DNA from: Acidobacteriota bacterium
GTDB lineage: Bacteria; Acidobacteriota; Vicinamibacteria; Vicinamibacterales; UBA2999
Length of the DNA stretch: 64,000 nucleotides
Direction of reading: 5' to 3'
Assembly (NCBI GenBank): GCA_013140775.1
Contig: JABFSA010000040.1
Coordinates: 5,182 to 69,181, forward strand
Positions 38,104 to 47,538 of this stretch are shown here, in pieces. How positions within the stretch are numbered: the first letter of the stretch is position 1; each line of letters opens with the position of its first letter. The translations under genes and the position numbers were made by a program. Under the pieces are notes generated by a model that made no database searches, was not told the origin of the DNA, and saw only the letters and a list, made by a program, of their open reading frames with translations.

Positions 38104-39369
38104 TTATTGAAGTTGGACTCCAACCGCTTTCTCCAGCGCGCGTAACGCGCGCTCTTCTTCGGGGGCAACAAGCGTCAGCGCGCTACCCGTTGACTCAGCT
38201 CTGCCCGTACGACCCACGCGATGCACGTAGGTTTCGGGCGTGTCAGGAACTTCGAAGTTGACGACGTGCGCGATGCCTTCGATATCGAGGCCGCGGGCGG
38301 CGACATCCGTGGCGACCAGAACAGGAAACGCGCCTGTCCTGAAGCCTTCAACCGCCGACATCCGTTGCTGTTGGGTCCGGTCTGCGTGCAGTGCCGCAGT
38401 GCGAATCCCCATCCGGCTCAGCGAAGACGCGAGGCGGTCCGCTCCGATCTTGGTTCGACAGAAGACGAGCACCGGGCCCTCAGCGTGGCTCCGCAGCCAG
38501 CGGGCCAGCCATTCGACCTTCTCGGCACGCGGGATGACCTGGATCGAATGAGAGATCGTCTGAGCAGGTCCGCCTCGTCTGCCGACCTGAATGAACTTCG
38601 GGCTGCGCAGGAACTCCTGCGTCAGCTTCATGATCTCGCCGGGCATCGTCGCGGAAAAAAGCAGCGTCTGTCGGGTGGCGGGAAGAGCCGAGAGAATCCG
38701 CTGCACGTCGGGCCAGAAACCCATATCGAGCATGCGGTCGGCTTCGTCCAGGACGAGCACCTCGATTCCCGCAAAGTTCACCGAATCGTGCCGCATGTGA
38801 TCCATCAGCCGGCCCGGCGTGGCCACCACGATATCGACACCGGCGCGTAAGGCCCGCTCCTGAACGTCCATCGGGACGCCGCCGTACACAGCGACGCTCG
38901 AGACGGCCGTGTGATACGTCAGACCCTGGACCTGATCCTCGATCTGGACGACCAGCTCACGAGTGGGTGCCAGCACCAGCGCGCGCGTTGCCGCCGGACG
39001 CGTCGGTACGGCGTTCAGAAAGCGCTGAAGGATTGGGACGAGGAACGCTGCCGTCTTGCCAGTGCCCGTTTCCGCGCAGGCGATGACATCGAGGCCTTCG
39101 AGCGCGAAGGGAATGACGCCGCTCTGTACCGAGCGCGTGGCACTCCATCCCAGATCGCGAATCCCGCTGAGGAGCCGCGTGTCCAGACCAAGACGCTCGA
39201 ACGGAATCGGCGCTGGATCGAAGATGGAAGCCTCGTAGGGAAGCGCGGCAGGCTCGGCGGCGACCACCTGACCGTTTGTCGGCGGTCGTTTTCCAGACCG
39301 GGGTCCGCGGCGGCGGGATGGGCCACCTCGGCCTCCAGGGCGTGAGGGATGTGCGGATGTGGCTTTCAA
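38104..39369 (-). CDS. DEAD-box ATP-dependent RNA helicase (RhlE-like)
   Basis: AETGTGKT, LAPTRELVVQI, VLDEADRMLDMGF, SAT and HRVGRTGRA. Confidence 0.9.
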   Translation of the reverse strand: MKATSAHPSRPGGRGGPSRRRGPRSGKRPPTNGQVVAAEPAALPYEASIFDPAPIPFERLGLDTRLLSGIRDLGWSATRSVQSGVIPFALEGLDVIACAETGTGKTAAFLVPILQRFLNAVPTRPAATRALVLAPTRELVVQIEDQVQGLTYHTAVSSVAVYGGVPMDVQERALRAGVDIVVATPGRLMDHMRHDSVNFAGIEVLVLDEADRMLDMGFWPDVQRILSALPATRQTLLFSATMPGEIMKLTQEFLRSPKFIQVGRRGGPAQTISHSIQVIPRAEKVEWLARWLRSHAEGPVLVFCRTKIGADRLASSLSRMGIRTAALHADRTQQQRMSAVEGFRTGAFPVLVATDVAARGLDIEGIAHVVNFEVPDTPETYVHRVGRTGRAESTGSALTLVAPEEERALRALEKAVGVQLQ

Positions 39370-39381
39370 TGAAGATGTTTG

Positions 39382-39600
39382 CTACCGAGCACGGAACGTG
39401 ATGATGCCGCGGACCGGGTCATAGGGAGAAACCCCGACGGTCACGCGGTCGCCTGGAACGACCTTGATACGGAATCGCCTCATTCGGCCGCTCAACTGGG
39501 CGAGTACTTCGTGTCCTGCGTCGCATTGGACACGATACAGCCCACCGGAGTGAACCGCGACGACGGTGCCCTGCATGTCTATGAGATCGTCTTTGCTCAA
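39382..39600 (-). CDS. infA: Translation initiation factor IF-1
   Basis: 72 aa: MSKDDLIDMQGTVVAV...GRMRRFRIKVVPGDRVTVGVSPYD. TTG start. Confidence 0.9.
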   Translation of the reverse strand: MSKDDLIDMQGTVVAVHSGGLYRVQCDAGHEVLAQLSGRMRRFRIKVVPGDRVTVGVSPYDPVRGIITFRAR

Positions 39601-39679
39601 TAGCTAATCCTTTCGCGCACTTTAGCAATGAGTGTGCCACATCGGGGTAAGGGGCGCAACGTAAGGAAAACACTTGACC

Positions 39680-42187
39680 TTAAAGCAATCGAACCCGTTC
39701 TTCCACCTGAAGTGCCAACTCCGTGTAATTGTCTCCTCGCAACACCAGCGGTTCGCCGAACGCCACACGGACCCGGCCGGGCTTCACGAAGTAGGCGTTG
39801 GTCGGCAGTATTCGGTCGAGGCCATCGAGCCGGACCGGCACGACTGGCACCCCGAGACGAGAGGCAATCATCCCCACGCCGCCCCGAAAGGGCTTGATCT
39901 GACCTGTTGGAGATCGAACCCCTTCGGGAAAGATCAGGATTGACCATCCCTCACCCGTCAGTTCGCCCATGTAGCGCAGGGTGTGCCTGGCGCCCGCTTC
40001 GCGCTGTGGGATTGGGAACGTGTTGAAGAAGAAGCAGGCCAGATAGTAATTGAGGGAGTTTGTGAACCACTGGCGCCAGGTGTGGTTCGCGGGATGGAAG
40101 TGGGCGGTGAAAAACTCCTTCAGCATGGCCGGCGCCACGCGTGCCCGCCAGCGCCCCGGCAGGGCCGCCAGGATGACCGGGACATCCATATGACTCTGGT
40201 GGTTCGAGGCAAAGAGGACGGGTCCCTCAAGATGTTCGAGGTGGTCGAGTCCTTCGACGCGGAGGTGCGCAAAGACTCTCGCGAGCGGCAGAATCCACGT
40301 CGCCTGCGACAGACGCCGCACGACCTGCACCGGCCAGGATCTGTTCCACGTTGGAAAATCCGCGGCCGGTTCGGCGCTCTCCGGGGCTGCCTCCTGTTCG
40401 ACCAGCTGTCTCAATTCGCCCACGCTCTGCGCGCCGGCGAATCGGCCTTCGTCGATGCGGGTCTGAAAACGATCCTCGAGCGCGACCATCAGTTCAACTC
40501 GTTCGAGTGAACTGAGACCCAGGTCGTCCAGTGTGGTGGAGGCGTCCACGTCGCGGCCCCGAGCAAAGCGGGCGATGAGCGCCTCGACGCTGTTACCACC
40601 GTCTGTCTCGAGGGGCTGCTCACCGGCGGCCACCCAGGCGCGTATCGCAGAACGCTTCAGCTTGCGTGTGCCCTCGGTGCGCGGCAACGGTCCGGTCAAC
40701 CACGTGGACATCGAGCGGATGCGTTGATGCTCCTGCAGTTTCGTGTTGGCGTCGCGGACGATGGCGTTCGCGTCCGCGCCGGGTTCGATCACCAGCACCG
40801 CATGCACGCGTTCCTCCCCGTCACTCGTTGCGCCGACGACGGCAGACTCGCGAACACCCGGCAGATCGTTGAGCACGCCCTCGACGTCCTCGGGAAACAC
40901 ATTCAGGCCGTCCGGCCTGACGATCATTTCCTTCTTTCGTCCCCTGATGAACAGCCGGCCGGAGGCATCCTGCTCTCCGACGTCACCTGTGTGAAGCCAG
41001 CCCTCACCGTCAGTCGCGGCGACGGCGGTCGCCGGACCCTGTGACTCATCGACGTAGTAGCCCGATGTCACGTTTTCACCACGAACGAGAATCTCGCCGT
41101 CGTCCGCGATGCGCACCTCTACGCCGCTGATCGGTGTGCCGACGGAGCCGCCGGTCGATTTCTTCAACGGATGATTCAGCGTCACGATGGGCGCGGTTTC
41201 TGTCAGCCCGTACCCTTGAATCATGGCGAAGCCCATCCGCCGCCAGAACTCCTCGAGATCCGGCGGCAGGGGAGCCGCACCGACGATGAAGGCCCAGAAT
41301 TTGAAGCCAAACGCCGAGTGCACCCGGCGGTAGCGCCACCATCGGCCTGGAATCGAAATCCCCGCTGGAGGCGGTTCGTTGGCCTCCGGAAATGTGCGCA
41401 CGACGTGTTCCTGAAGGACGTCGAGGATCTTTGGTACACAGACGAGGACGGAGACCCGCCGCGACTGGATCAGGCGCAACAGGTCGTGCGGATTGAAGCT
41501 GCGCGTGAAGATCACGGTTCCGCGTACCAGCGGGGGAATCGTGGCCGCCATCGACTGGCCGAACATATGGCTCAGCGGCAACAGATTGACGAACCGCAGC
41601 GGGTGGAAGGGCTTCGCGTACCGCCGGTACTTCACGATTTCCCGCTCAACCGGGATCACGTTGGCGAGTACGTTTCTGTGCCTGATGACGACGCCTTTGG
41701 GCTCGGCGGTGGCACCCGAAGTGAAGATGATCTGGACGATGTCGTCGCGCGACACCTCGACCGCGGGCATCGGACCGTCGGACTGCCAGTCGAAGTCTGC
41801 GAAGCGCCACTGCACGGCGGTGCCGAAGTCGGCGGTGCCAGTGGCTGGCACGTCGTCGCCGATCAGAACGACCGCGGCATGGACGAGTCCCCGCACTTTG
41901 GCGACAAAATCCGCCGACGATCGATAGTCAATGGGGACGCCGATGATGCCTGAGATGAGGCAGCCCCAGTAGCAGGCCAGCCATTCGGGGCGGTTCTCGC
42001 CCCAGAAGACCACCCTGTCGCCCTTGCGAAGGCCGGTCGCGTGAAGCTTTGACGCGAAACCCCTGGCGGCGCGGCCAACGTCCTCGTAGCTGTAACTTCG
42101 GTGCCGGTACCCGTCGTCGTACACGAGGAACTCTCCGCGAATCGTGACGAGATCGCGGAAGAAGTCGATCAGTGTCTCGCGGGCCAC
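39680..42187 (-). CDS. Tri-domain acyl-AMP ligase / carrier protein / lysophospholipid (PlsC-type) acyltransferase
   Basis: IFTSGATAEPKGVV (AMP-binding), LGLSSLERVELM (phosphopantetheine site) and ASNHQSHMDVPV plus FPEGVRS (HX4D acyltransferase). Confidence 0.85.
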   Translation of the reverse strand: MARETLIDFFRDLVTIRGEFLVYDDGYRHRSYSYEDVGRAARGFASKLHATGLRKGDRVVFWGENRPEWLACYWGCLISGIIGVPIDYRSSADFVAKVRGLVHAAVVLIGDDVPATGTADFGTAVQWRFADFDWQSDGPMPAVEVSRDDIVQIIFTSGATAEPKGVVIRHRNVLANVIPVEREIVKYRRYAKPFHPLRFVNLLPLSHMFGQSMAATIPPLVRGTVIFTRSFNPHDLLRLIQSRRVSVLVCVPKILDVLQEHVVRTFPEANEPPPAGISIPGRWWRYRRVHSAFGFKFWAFIVGAAPLPPDLEEFWRRMGFAMIQGYGLTETAPIVTLNHPLKKSTGGSVGTPISGVEVRIADDGEILVRGENVTSGYYVDESQGPATAVAATDGEGWLHTGDVGEQDASGRLFIRGRKKEMIVRPDGLNVFPEDVEGVLNDLPGVRESAVVGATSDGEERVHAVLVIEPGADANAIVRDANTKLQEHQRIRSMSTWLTGPLPRTEGTRKLKRSAIRAWVAAGEQPLETDGGNSVEALIARFARGRDVDASTTLDDLGLSSLERVELMVALEDRFQTRIDEGRFAGAQSVGELRQLVEQEAAPESAEPAADFPTWNRSWPVQVVRRLSQATWILPLARVFAHLRVEGLDHLEHLEGPVLFASNHQSHMDVPVILAALPGRWRARVAPAMLKEFFTAHFHPANHTWRQWFTNSLNYYLACFFFNTFPIPQREAGARHTLRYMGELTGEGWSILIFPEGVRSPTGQIKPFRGGVGMIASRLGVPVVPVRLDGLDRILPTNAYFVKPGRVRVAFGEPLVLRGDNYTELALQVEERVRLL

Positions 42188-42266
42188 GCTTGGATTATTG
42201 CGCGTCTTCAGGCAGCGGCGTGCGATGACCGGGACGCATTTCGCGCCCGAGGCCAGACCGACTACA

Positions 42267-43194
42267 ATGCCCTTCCCCCCAATGCGAATTTTTCTGACCG
42301 GCGCGACGGGCTATGTCGGATCGGCGGTGCTGCAGGCGCTCGCCCGTGGCGGTCACGAAGTGTGTGCCCTGATTCGCAACCCCCGTGAAGCAACGCAATC
42401 GTCACTCCTGGATGCGCCCCGTCGTGGGCGATCTCGCTGTTCCTCAAAGTTATGCGGCCGTGGTTGAAGGCTGTGATGCCGTGGTGCACACGGCGTTTGA
42501 GTCTTCGAAGCGCGGGCCTGAGATTGATCGGCAGGCGATCGACACCGTTCTGAGCGCAGCCGCCCGGCGCGTCAGCAAAGGCCAGCCCTCGACCGTGGTT
42601 TACACGTCGGCCGCATGGGTGCTTGGCAACACGAGCGGGCAGGCCACCGAGGACGCGGTGTTGAGGCCAACAGCGCACGTGGAGTGGCGGCCGGACCATG
42701 AACAGATCGTGCTCGAGGCGAACCGAGGCCTGCTGCGGACCGCCGTTGTTCGGCCGGGAATCGTCTATGGCGGCACTCGCGGCATCATCGCGGATCTGGT
42801 GAAGACGGCCGCCAACGGACTCGTGCGGGTGGTGGGTGACGGAAGGAATCACTGGGCCTGCGTGCACGATCGGGATCTGGCTGATCTCTACCTCCGTGTG
42901 GCGACGAATCCAGAGGCGACCGGGATCTACCATGCGACCGATGAGGCCGACGAGCGGGTTGCTGACATTGTTGAGTCCGTCGTGCGGCACCCAAGAATGC
43001 CGCCGGATGTCCGGCACGTGCCGATTGAAGAGGCTCGAGCCAAGATGGGTCCGTACGCTGACGCCCTCGCGTTGAACCAGATCGTGCGCTGCCCGCGCTC
43101 CAAGGCCCTTGGGTGGGCGCCGACCTCGCATTCCGTCGCCGGAAGCGTGGCCCGATTGCTCGAAGAGTTCCGGGCCAAGCACGAAGCCGCCTAG
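42267..43194 (+). pseudogene. NAD(P)-dependent epimerase/NmrA-like SDR interrupted by a frameshift near 42414-42420
   Basis: The N-terminus MRIFLTGATGYVGSAVLQALARGGHEV is in frame 3 (ORF 42144..42467). The rest, PVVGDLAVPQSY...VVHTAF...IVYGG...HATDE, is in frame 1 (ORF 42385..43194). The switch occurs at a gcgcccc run. Confidence 0.7.
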
Positions 43195-43201
43195 CGGCTG
43201 G

Positions 43202-44518
43202 CTACCTCCGCCACGGCCCCTCTGCACCCAGAATTGACGCCGACACGAAGTCGGCCAGAAGTCTGTTGCCTCTCAGCGTGTAGTGGCAGCAGTCGTCCAG
43301 GTACACGGGTGACGGTTCCTCGTCGAAGATCCCGACACCGTTGAAGAAGGGTTCTTTCCCGACAAGCGCGCGCGACGCGGCGTTCAGTGCCGGATAGCCT
43401 TGCTCCGCGCCAGACTTGAAGGGTGAGCCAGGGTTGAGTGCCGTCCTGGCTTCCGCATCGCCGAACCGGCGGGTCGTGAAGTACTGGTTCGGCTGCAGGA
43501 AGTGAAAGTACGGAACCCCTCGATCCCGCAGCATCGCCTGCATCATCAACGACGACTGCGCCCATTGTGACGCGATGTCGGCGAAGAGCTTCGCACCGTC
43601 ACGCGTTGCTACCTTGGGCGTGACGCGCACCATTGATGTCTCGACCGCACCGTCCGGCAGGTTGCTCAGCCGCCCCAGCTCTGTGTAGTAGTGCGTCCGG
43701 GTCTGCTGGTAATAGCGGTCGAGGAACACGTAGACGGCTGCAGATCGGGTGCGCATCAAGCGGGTCACGAGGGCATCAAGCGTGTCCCTGTCGCGTTGGA
43801 TTGCGGCCATCGACCGCAGGCGTTCGGGTGTCAGGGTCGAGCGGTCGATGAGATTGACCAGTCCCTGCATGTGCATCGGACTGGGCATGGAGATGTCGGC
43901 GCCTCGCTGGTCGTTCATGGACGCGAGGGCCACTTCATTGAAGCCGTCGATGTTGATGACGAGATCGAACTCCTGGCCGATCGACAGGAAATATGTCAGC
44001 GCCAGCAACTGCTGTGGCTGCTTGTAGCCTTCGTGGCTGAAACAGAGCGGCACCAGTTCACGGCCCTTGAAGTACGCGTTTGCTTCGAGTGAGCGCAGAA
44101 GGTGCGGTACTCCGATATGGCAGAACCAGTTGCCGACAGAGCCGCCAAAAATCCCAATGAGGAACTGGTCGGCACGCGTCCTGGCGAACGGAAAGTCATA
44201 TGCCGAGAGAAACCCGAAGTTATTGGTGCGCGCACCCGTCGGGTTGGCCGGGTCCACCCCAGGCGGCTGGTTCTCACGAAGCTCTGCCGGGATCTGGAGT
44301 GGAAGACCAGGCATGTGTGTCGGGCCGAAGTAGGGATGGAGCGCCTCGCCTGTCAGTCGGCTCTCGGGTGTGTCCGTGATTCGCTCGTACGTCTTGTGAT
44401 GGACGTAGAACAGCGCTCCGGTATCTATGTAGTAGAGGAAGAGTCCGGCGATTTCGGCGAATAGAACGAGAAGGAAAAGATTGACCGAGGCGATCCACAG
44501 GTAGCGGCGTGCCATCAC
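43202..44518 (-). CDS. N-terminally membrane-anchored SGNH/GDSL-like protein (hypothetical)
   Basis: One N-terminal TM (YLWIASVNLFLLVLFAEIAGLFLYY). IGIFGGSVG resembles block I, INIDGFNEV resembles block III, and DDCCHYTLRGN resembles block V (DxxH). Confidence 0.6.
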   Translation of the reverse strand: MMARRYLWIASVNLFLLVLFAEIAGLFLYYIDTGALFYVHHKTYERITDTPESRLTGEALHPYFGPTHMPGLPLQIPAELRENQPPGVDPANPTGARTNNFGFLSAYDFPFARTRADQFLIGIFGGSVGNWFCHIGVPHLLRSLEANAYFKGRELVPLCFSHEGYKQPQQLLALTYFLSIGQEFDLVINIDGFNEVALASMNDQRGADISMPSPMHMQGLVNLIDRSTLTPERLRSMAAIQRDRDTLDALVTRLMRTRSAAVYVFLDRYYQQTRTHYYTELGRLSNLPDGAVETSMVRVTPKVATRDGAKLFADIASQWAQSSLMMQAMLRDRGVPYFHFLQPNQYFTTRRFGDAEARTALNPGSPFKSGAEQGYPALNAASRALVGKEPFFNGVGIFDEEPSPVYLDDCCHYTLRGNRLLADFVSASILGAEGPWRR

Positions 44519-44524
44519 TGATCC

Positions 44525-46363
44525 TCAGTCAGGTACGAACGCGGATTCGTAGCTGCGAGCGAGCGATGCATCTTGCTGGGTCTTGCGCAAAATGCATCGG
44601 CCTGCAACCAGCACATCGAGGTCGGTTCCCATGAAGCACCGGAATGCGTCCTCGGGCGTACAGACGATTGGCTCGCCTCGCACGTTGAAGCTTGTGTTCA
44701 CGAGAACCGGGCATCCGGTTCTCGCCTTGAACGCCTGGAGCAGCTGGTAGTAAAGGGGATGCGAGACGCTGTCCACGGTCTGGATTCGCGCGGAGTAGTC
44801 CACGTGGGTGACCGCTGGAATATCTGATCGCACGACGTTGAGTTTGTCGATCCCAAACAAGCGCTCCTCGCTGTCTGACATCTGGCGTCGGCGTTCGCGA
44901 CGGACGTCCGCGACGAGCAGCATATAGGGACTGTCCACATCCAGCTCGAACCAGTCAGCAGCATCCTCTCGGAGAACCGAAGGGGCGAACGGCCTGAAGC
45001 TCTCTCGGAACTTGACCTTCAAATTCAGCACCTTCTGCGTGGAAGGTGAAAGAGGATTTCCGAGGATCGATCGTGCTCCCAGCGCCCGTGGGCCGAATTC
45101 CATTCGCCCCTGAAACCATCCAACGGTTTCGTCGCGCGCCAGTGCGTCCGCCGTCGCCGCCGTCATTGCGTCGTCGTCCGCCACCGTCTCGAATGTGGCC
45201 CCCACCGCCCTGAGTCGTGCCTCGATCTCCGGATGCGAGAAGGAAGGTCCCAGGTAGCTGCCGGACATTCCGTCCGATCCTGCGTGCGCCACGCGGTCGT
45301 GCCCGGCGTGGAGGTGATACGCGGCCAGGGCAGCGCCGACCGCGCCACCCGCATCCCCAGCGGCTGGCTGAATCCACATCCGTTTGAATGCGCCGTCGCG
45401 AAGGACCTTGCCGTTCGAGACGCAGTTGAGCGCAACTCCCCCGGCCAGGCACAGGTTTGGAATGTTGAACTCGGCCGCAAGCGCCCGGGTCAGTGTGAGC
45501 ACCACCTCGTCGGTGACGGCCTGGATCGACGCGGCGACGTCCATGTGGAACTGTTCAAGAGGCTCGTCGGGACGTCGGACCGATCGTCCGAAGAGTCGGT
45601 CCAGGCGCTCGTTGGTCATTCGAAGACCGGTGCAGTAGTCGAAGTAGTCCAGATTCAGCCTGAAGGTGCCGTCGCTCTTGACGTCGATCACGTTGTCGAG
45701 AATCAATCGGGCAAAACGCGGCGTTCCGTACGGCGCCAGCCCCATGACTTTGTATTCGCCCGAGTTGACCCTGAACCCTGTGTAGTAGGTGAAGGCGGAA
45801 TAGAGAAGACCGAGGGAATGCGGAAACTGGATCTCACGGACTGGCTCGAGTGCTCGTCCGCGGCCGATGCTGACTGATGTAGTGGCCCACTCCCCGACGC
45901 CGTCCATCGTGAGGACCACCGCCTCAGAGAATGGGGACGGAAAAAAGGCGCTGGCCGCGTGGCTCTGGTGATGTTCGGCAAAGAGCAGGCGTTCGTCGAG
46001 ACGGCCCGTGAATCCCAACCGGGTCAACGAGTCACGCAGCCGTGCTTTCTGGAAGAGCTTGTCCTGAATCCAGACTGGCAATGCCGCGGAGAAGCTGGTG
46101 TACCCTCGCGGCGCGAATGCCAGGTAGGTGTCGATCAGGCGTTCGAACTTGAGAAACGGCTTCTCGTAGAACACCACCAGATCGATGTCGTCTGGCGACA
46201 ATCGGGTTTGAGCAAGGCACGCGCGCGTGGCATGACCTGGAAAACGGTCGTCGTGCTTCCGTCGAGTGAACCGCTCTTCCTGGGCGGCCGCGACGATTTG
46301 TCCGTCGATCACGACGGCCGCGGCGCTGTCGTGGTAGAACGCCGAGACCCCGAGGATGCGCAT
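44525..46363 (-). CDS. Carbamoyltransferase (NodU/CmcH family)
   Basis: MRILGVSAFYHDSAAAVV, EERFTRRKHD and NTSFNVRGEPIVCTPEDA. Confidence 0.9.
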   Translation of the reverse strand: MRILGVSAFYHDSAAAVVIDGQIVAAAQEERFTRRKHDDRFPGHATRACLAQTRLSPDDIDLVVFYEKPFLKFERLIDTYLAFAPRGYTSFSAALPVWIQDKLFQKARLRDSLTRLGFTGRLDERLLFAEHHQSHAASAFFPSPFSEAVVLTMDGVGEWATTSVSIGRGRALEPVREIQFPHSLGLLYSAFTYYTGFRVNSGEYKVMGLAPYGTPRFARLILDNVIDVKSDGTFRLNLDYFDYCTGLRMTNERLDRLFGRSVRRPDEPLEQFHMDVAASIQAVTDEVVLTLTRALAAEFNIPNLCLAGGVALNCVSNGKVLRDGAFKRMWIQPAAGDAGGAVGAALAAYHLHAGHDRVAHAGSDGMSGSYLGPSFSHPEIEARLRAVGATFETVADDDAMTAATADALARDETVGWFQGRMEFGPRALGARSILGNPLSPSTQKVLNLKVKFRESFRPFAPSVLREDAADWFELDVDSPYMLLVADVRRERRRQMSDSEERLFGIDKLNVVRSDIPAVTHVDYSARIQTVDSVSHPLYYQLLQAFKARTGCPVLVNTSFNVRGEPIVCTPEDAFRCFMGTDLDVLVAGRCILRKTQQDASLARSYESAFVPD

Positions 46364-46512
46364 CAAAAGATGGTGTAGATGAACGGCGCGACGACGCTGC
46401 CTTTCGCAAGGATGATGAGGCCGCCGAAGAGCAGGAGGACCAGCAGCAGCGGCAGCAGCCAGAACTTCTTTCTGGCCCTCATGTAAGCCCAGAACTCCAC
46501 GGCGAAACTCAT
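46363..46512 (-). CDS. Small membrane protein (DUF5989-like), absent from the ORF track
   Basis: My translation of the minus strand gives MSFAVEFWAYMRARKKFWLLPLLLVLLLFGGLIILAKGSVVAPFIYTIF. Its stop overlaps the carbamoyltransferase ATG. This is the typical partner of SxtJ and carbamoyltransferase genes. Confidence 0.7.
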   Translation of the reverse strand: MSFAVEFWAYMRARKKFWLLPLLLVLLLFGGLIILAKGSVVAPFIYTIF

Positions 46513-46523
46513 GCCTGTTTCCT

Positions 46524-46961
46524 CTAGAACTGCTGATCCATGCGCGACGCAGGCTGTTGCGTGCGATCGATCCAGTACGTCCTGGCCGACGGGTCTTTGG
46601 CGAGCCGCGGAGTCAGCCCTTTACCCAATGCCTGCCGGACCAGGCCGAATGGCGTGACAACCAGATAGAACAATGCGCCCATCACCAGCGGATTGATCAC
46701 TCGGTGCATGGCCAGGCCAAGGCGCAGCCAGAGCCGACTGAGCGGCGCCAGCGCCTGAGGTGCCGCCATCGTGACGAGGCCCACCAGCGTCGCAACGACG
46801 AGAGCCCAGGTCCTCACAGCGCCTCCGCGCCACAACGGGAGGGTTCCGACTACCAGAAAGACCACTGTGAACAGCGCGCCGAACGATCGATGTGAGGGCG
46901 CTGTGTTGACGTCCGTATGGAACGAATCCCTCTCGGTGCCTTCGCCGGCGAGCGCCTGCAT
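46524..46961 (-). CDS. SxtJ-family membrane protein
   Basis: 145 aa with two or three TM segments. SFGALFTVVFLVVG...LSRLWLRLGLAMHRVINPLVMGALFYLVVTPFG. Confidence 0.7.
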   Translation of the reverse strand: MQALAGEGTERDSFHTDVNTAPSHRSFGALFTVVFLVVGTLPLWRGGAVRTWALVVATLVGLVTMAAPQALAPLSRLWLRLGLAMHRVINPLVMGALFYLVVTPFGLVRQALGKGLTPRLAKDPSARTYWIDRTQQPASRMDQQF

Positions 46962-47082
46962 GGGGATGATTCTACGCTGCTTCCGACGGGGAAGCCCGGT
47001 CGCGGACGGCTGACTGCGTTACGCTGGACGCGATGCGACAGCCTCTTCTGCTGAACCGTGAAGCCTCGGTGCGCGGCGCGAG

Positions 47083-47499
47083 ATGAACGTGGATCCAGTC
47101 GTCTTGCTCTATGACTACGTCGGGCTTGGATTGATTCTCGCTTTCCCGAGCGGCGTGCGTTACCGCAACCAGGCCGCCGGACACGCCTGTTGGAAGTTTG
47201 AGATCGAAGGCGTGCTGGTCCCGTTGCCACTTGGTGAGGAACAGGTACCGTTGCGCGCCATCGAGGATCACTTCGACAGCGGTTGGGAGTGTCTCGACGA
47301 GGACGCTGCCGATGCCGTTGATCACATCCTCGCTGCCGCGAATCTAGACTTCGTAACAGTGGATCGTGAGCGTTTGAGTGAATCCTACGAGGCGTGGGTC
47401 CACGTCAGGATCAACTCTCTCGACCCCGATCGGCATCCCGAGCTGTTTCGCGGCCTGAGCCCCGATCACGGTGTCCTGACCTGGCCGAACAGCGACTGA
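47083..47499 (+). CDS. Hypothetical protein
   Basis: 138-aa ORF with a coding-like codon pattern. No recognisable motif. Confidence 0.5.
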   Translation: MNVDPVVLLYDYVGLGLILAFPSGVRYRNQAAGHACWKFEIEGVLVPLPLGEEQVPLRAIEDHFDSGWECLDEDAADAVDHILAAANLDFVTVDRERLSESYEAWVHVRINSLDPDRHPELFRGLSPDHGVLTWPNSD

Positions 47500-47538
47500 C
47501 GCGTGTTCGGGGCATCGGGGTGGCTGACGGGAGCGTGG

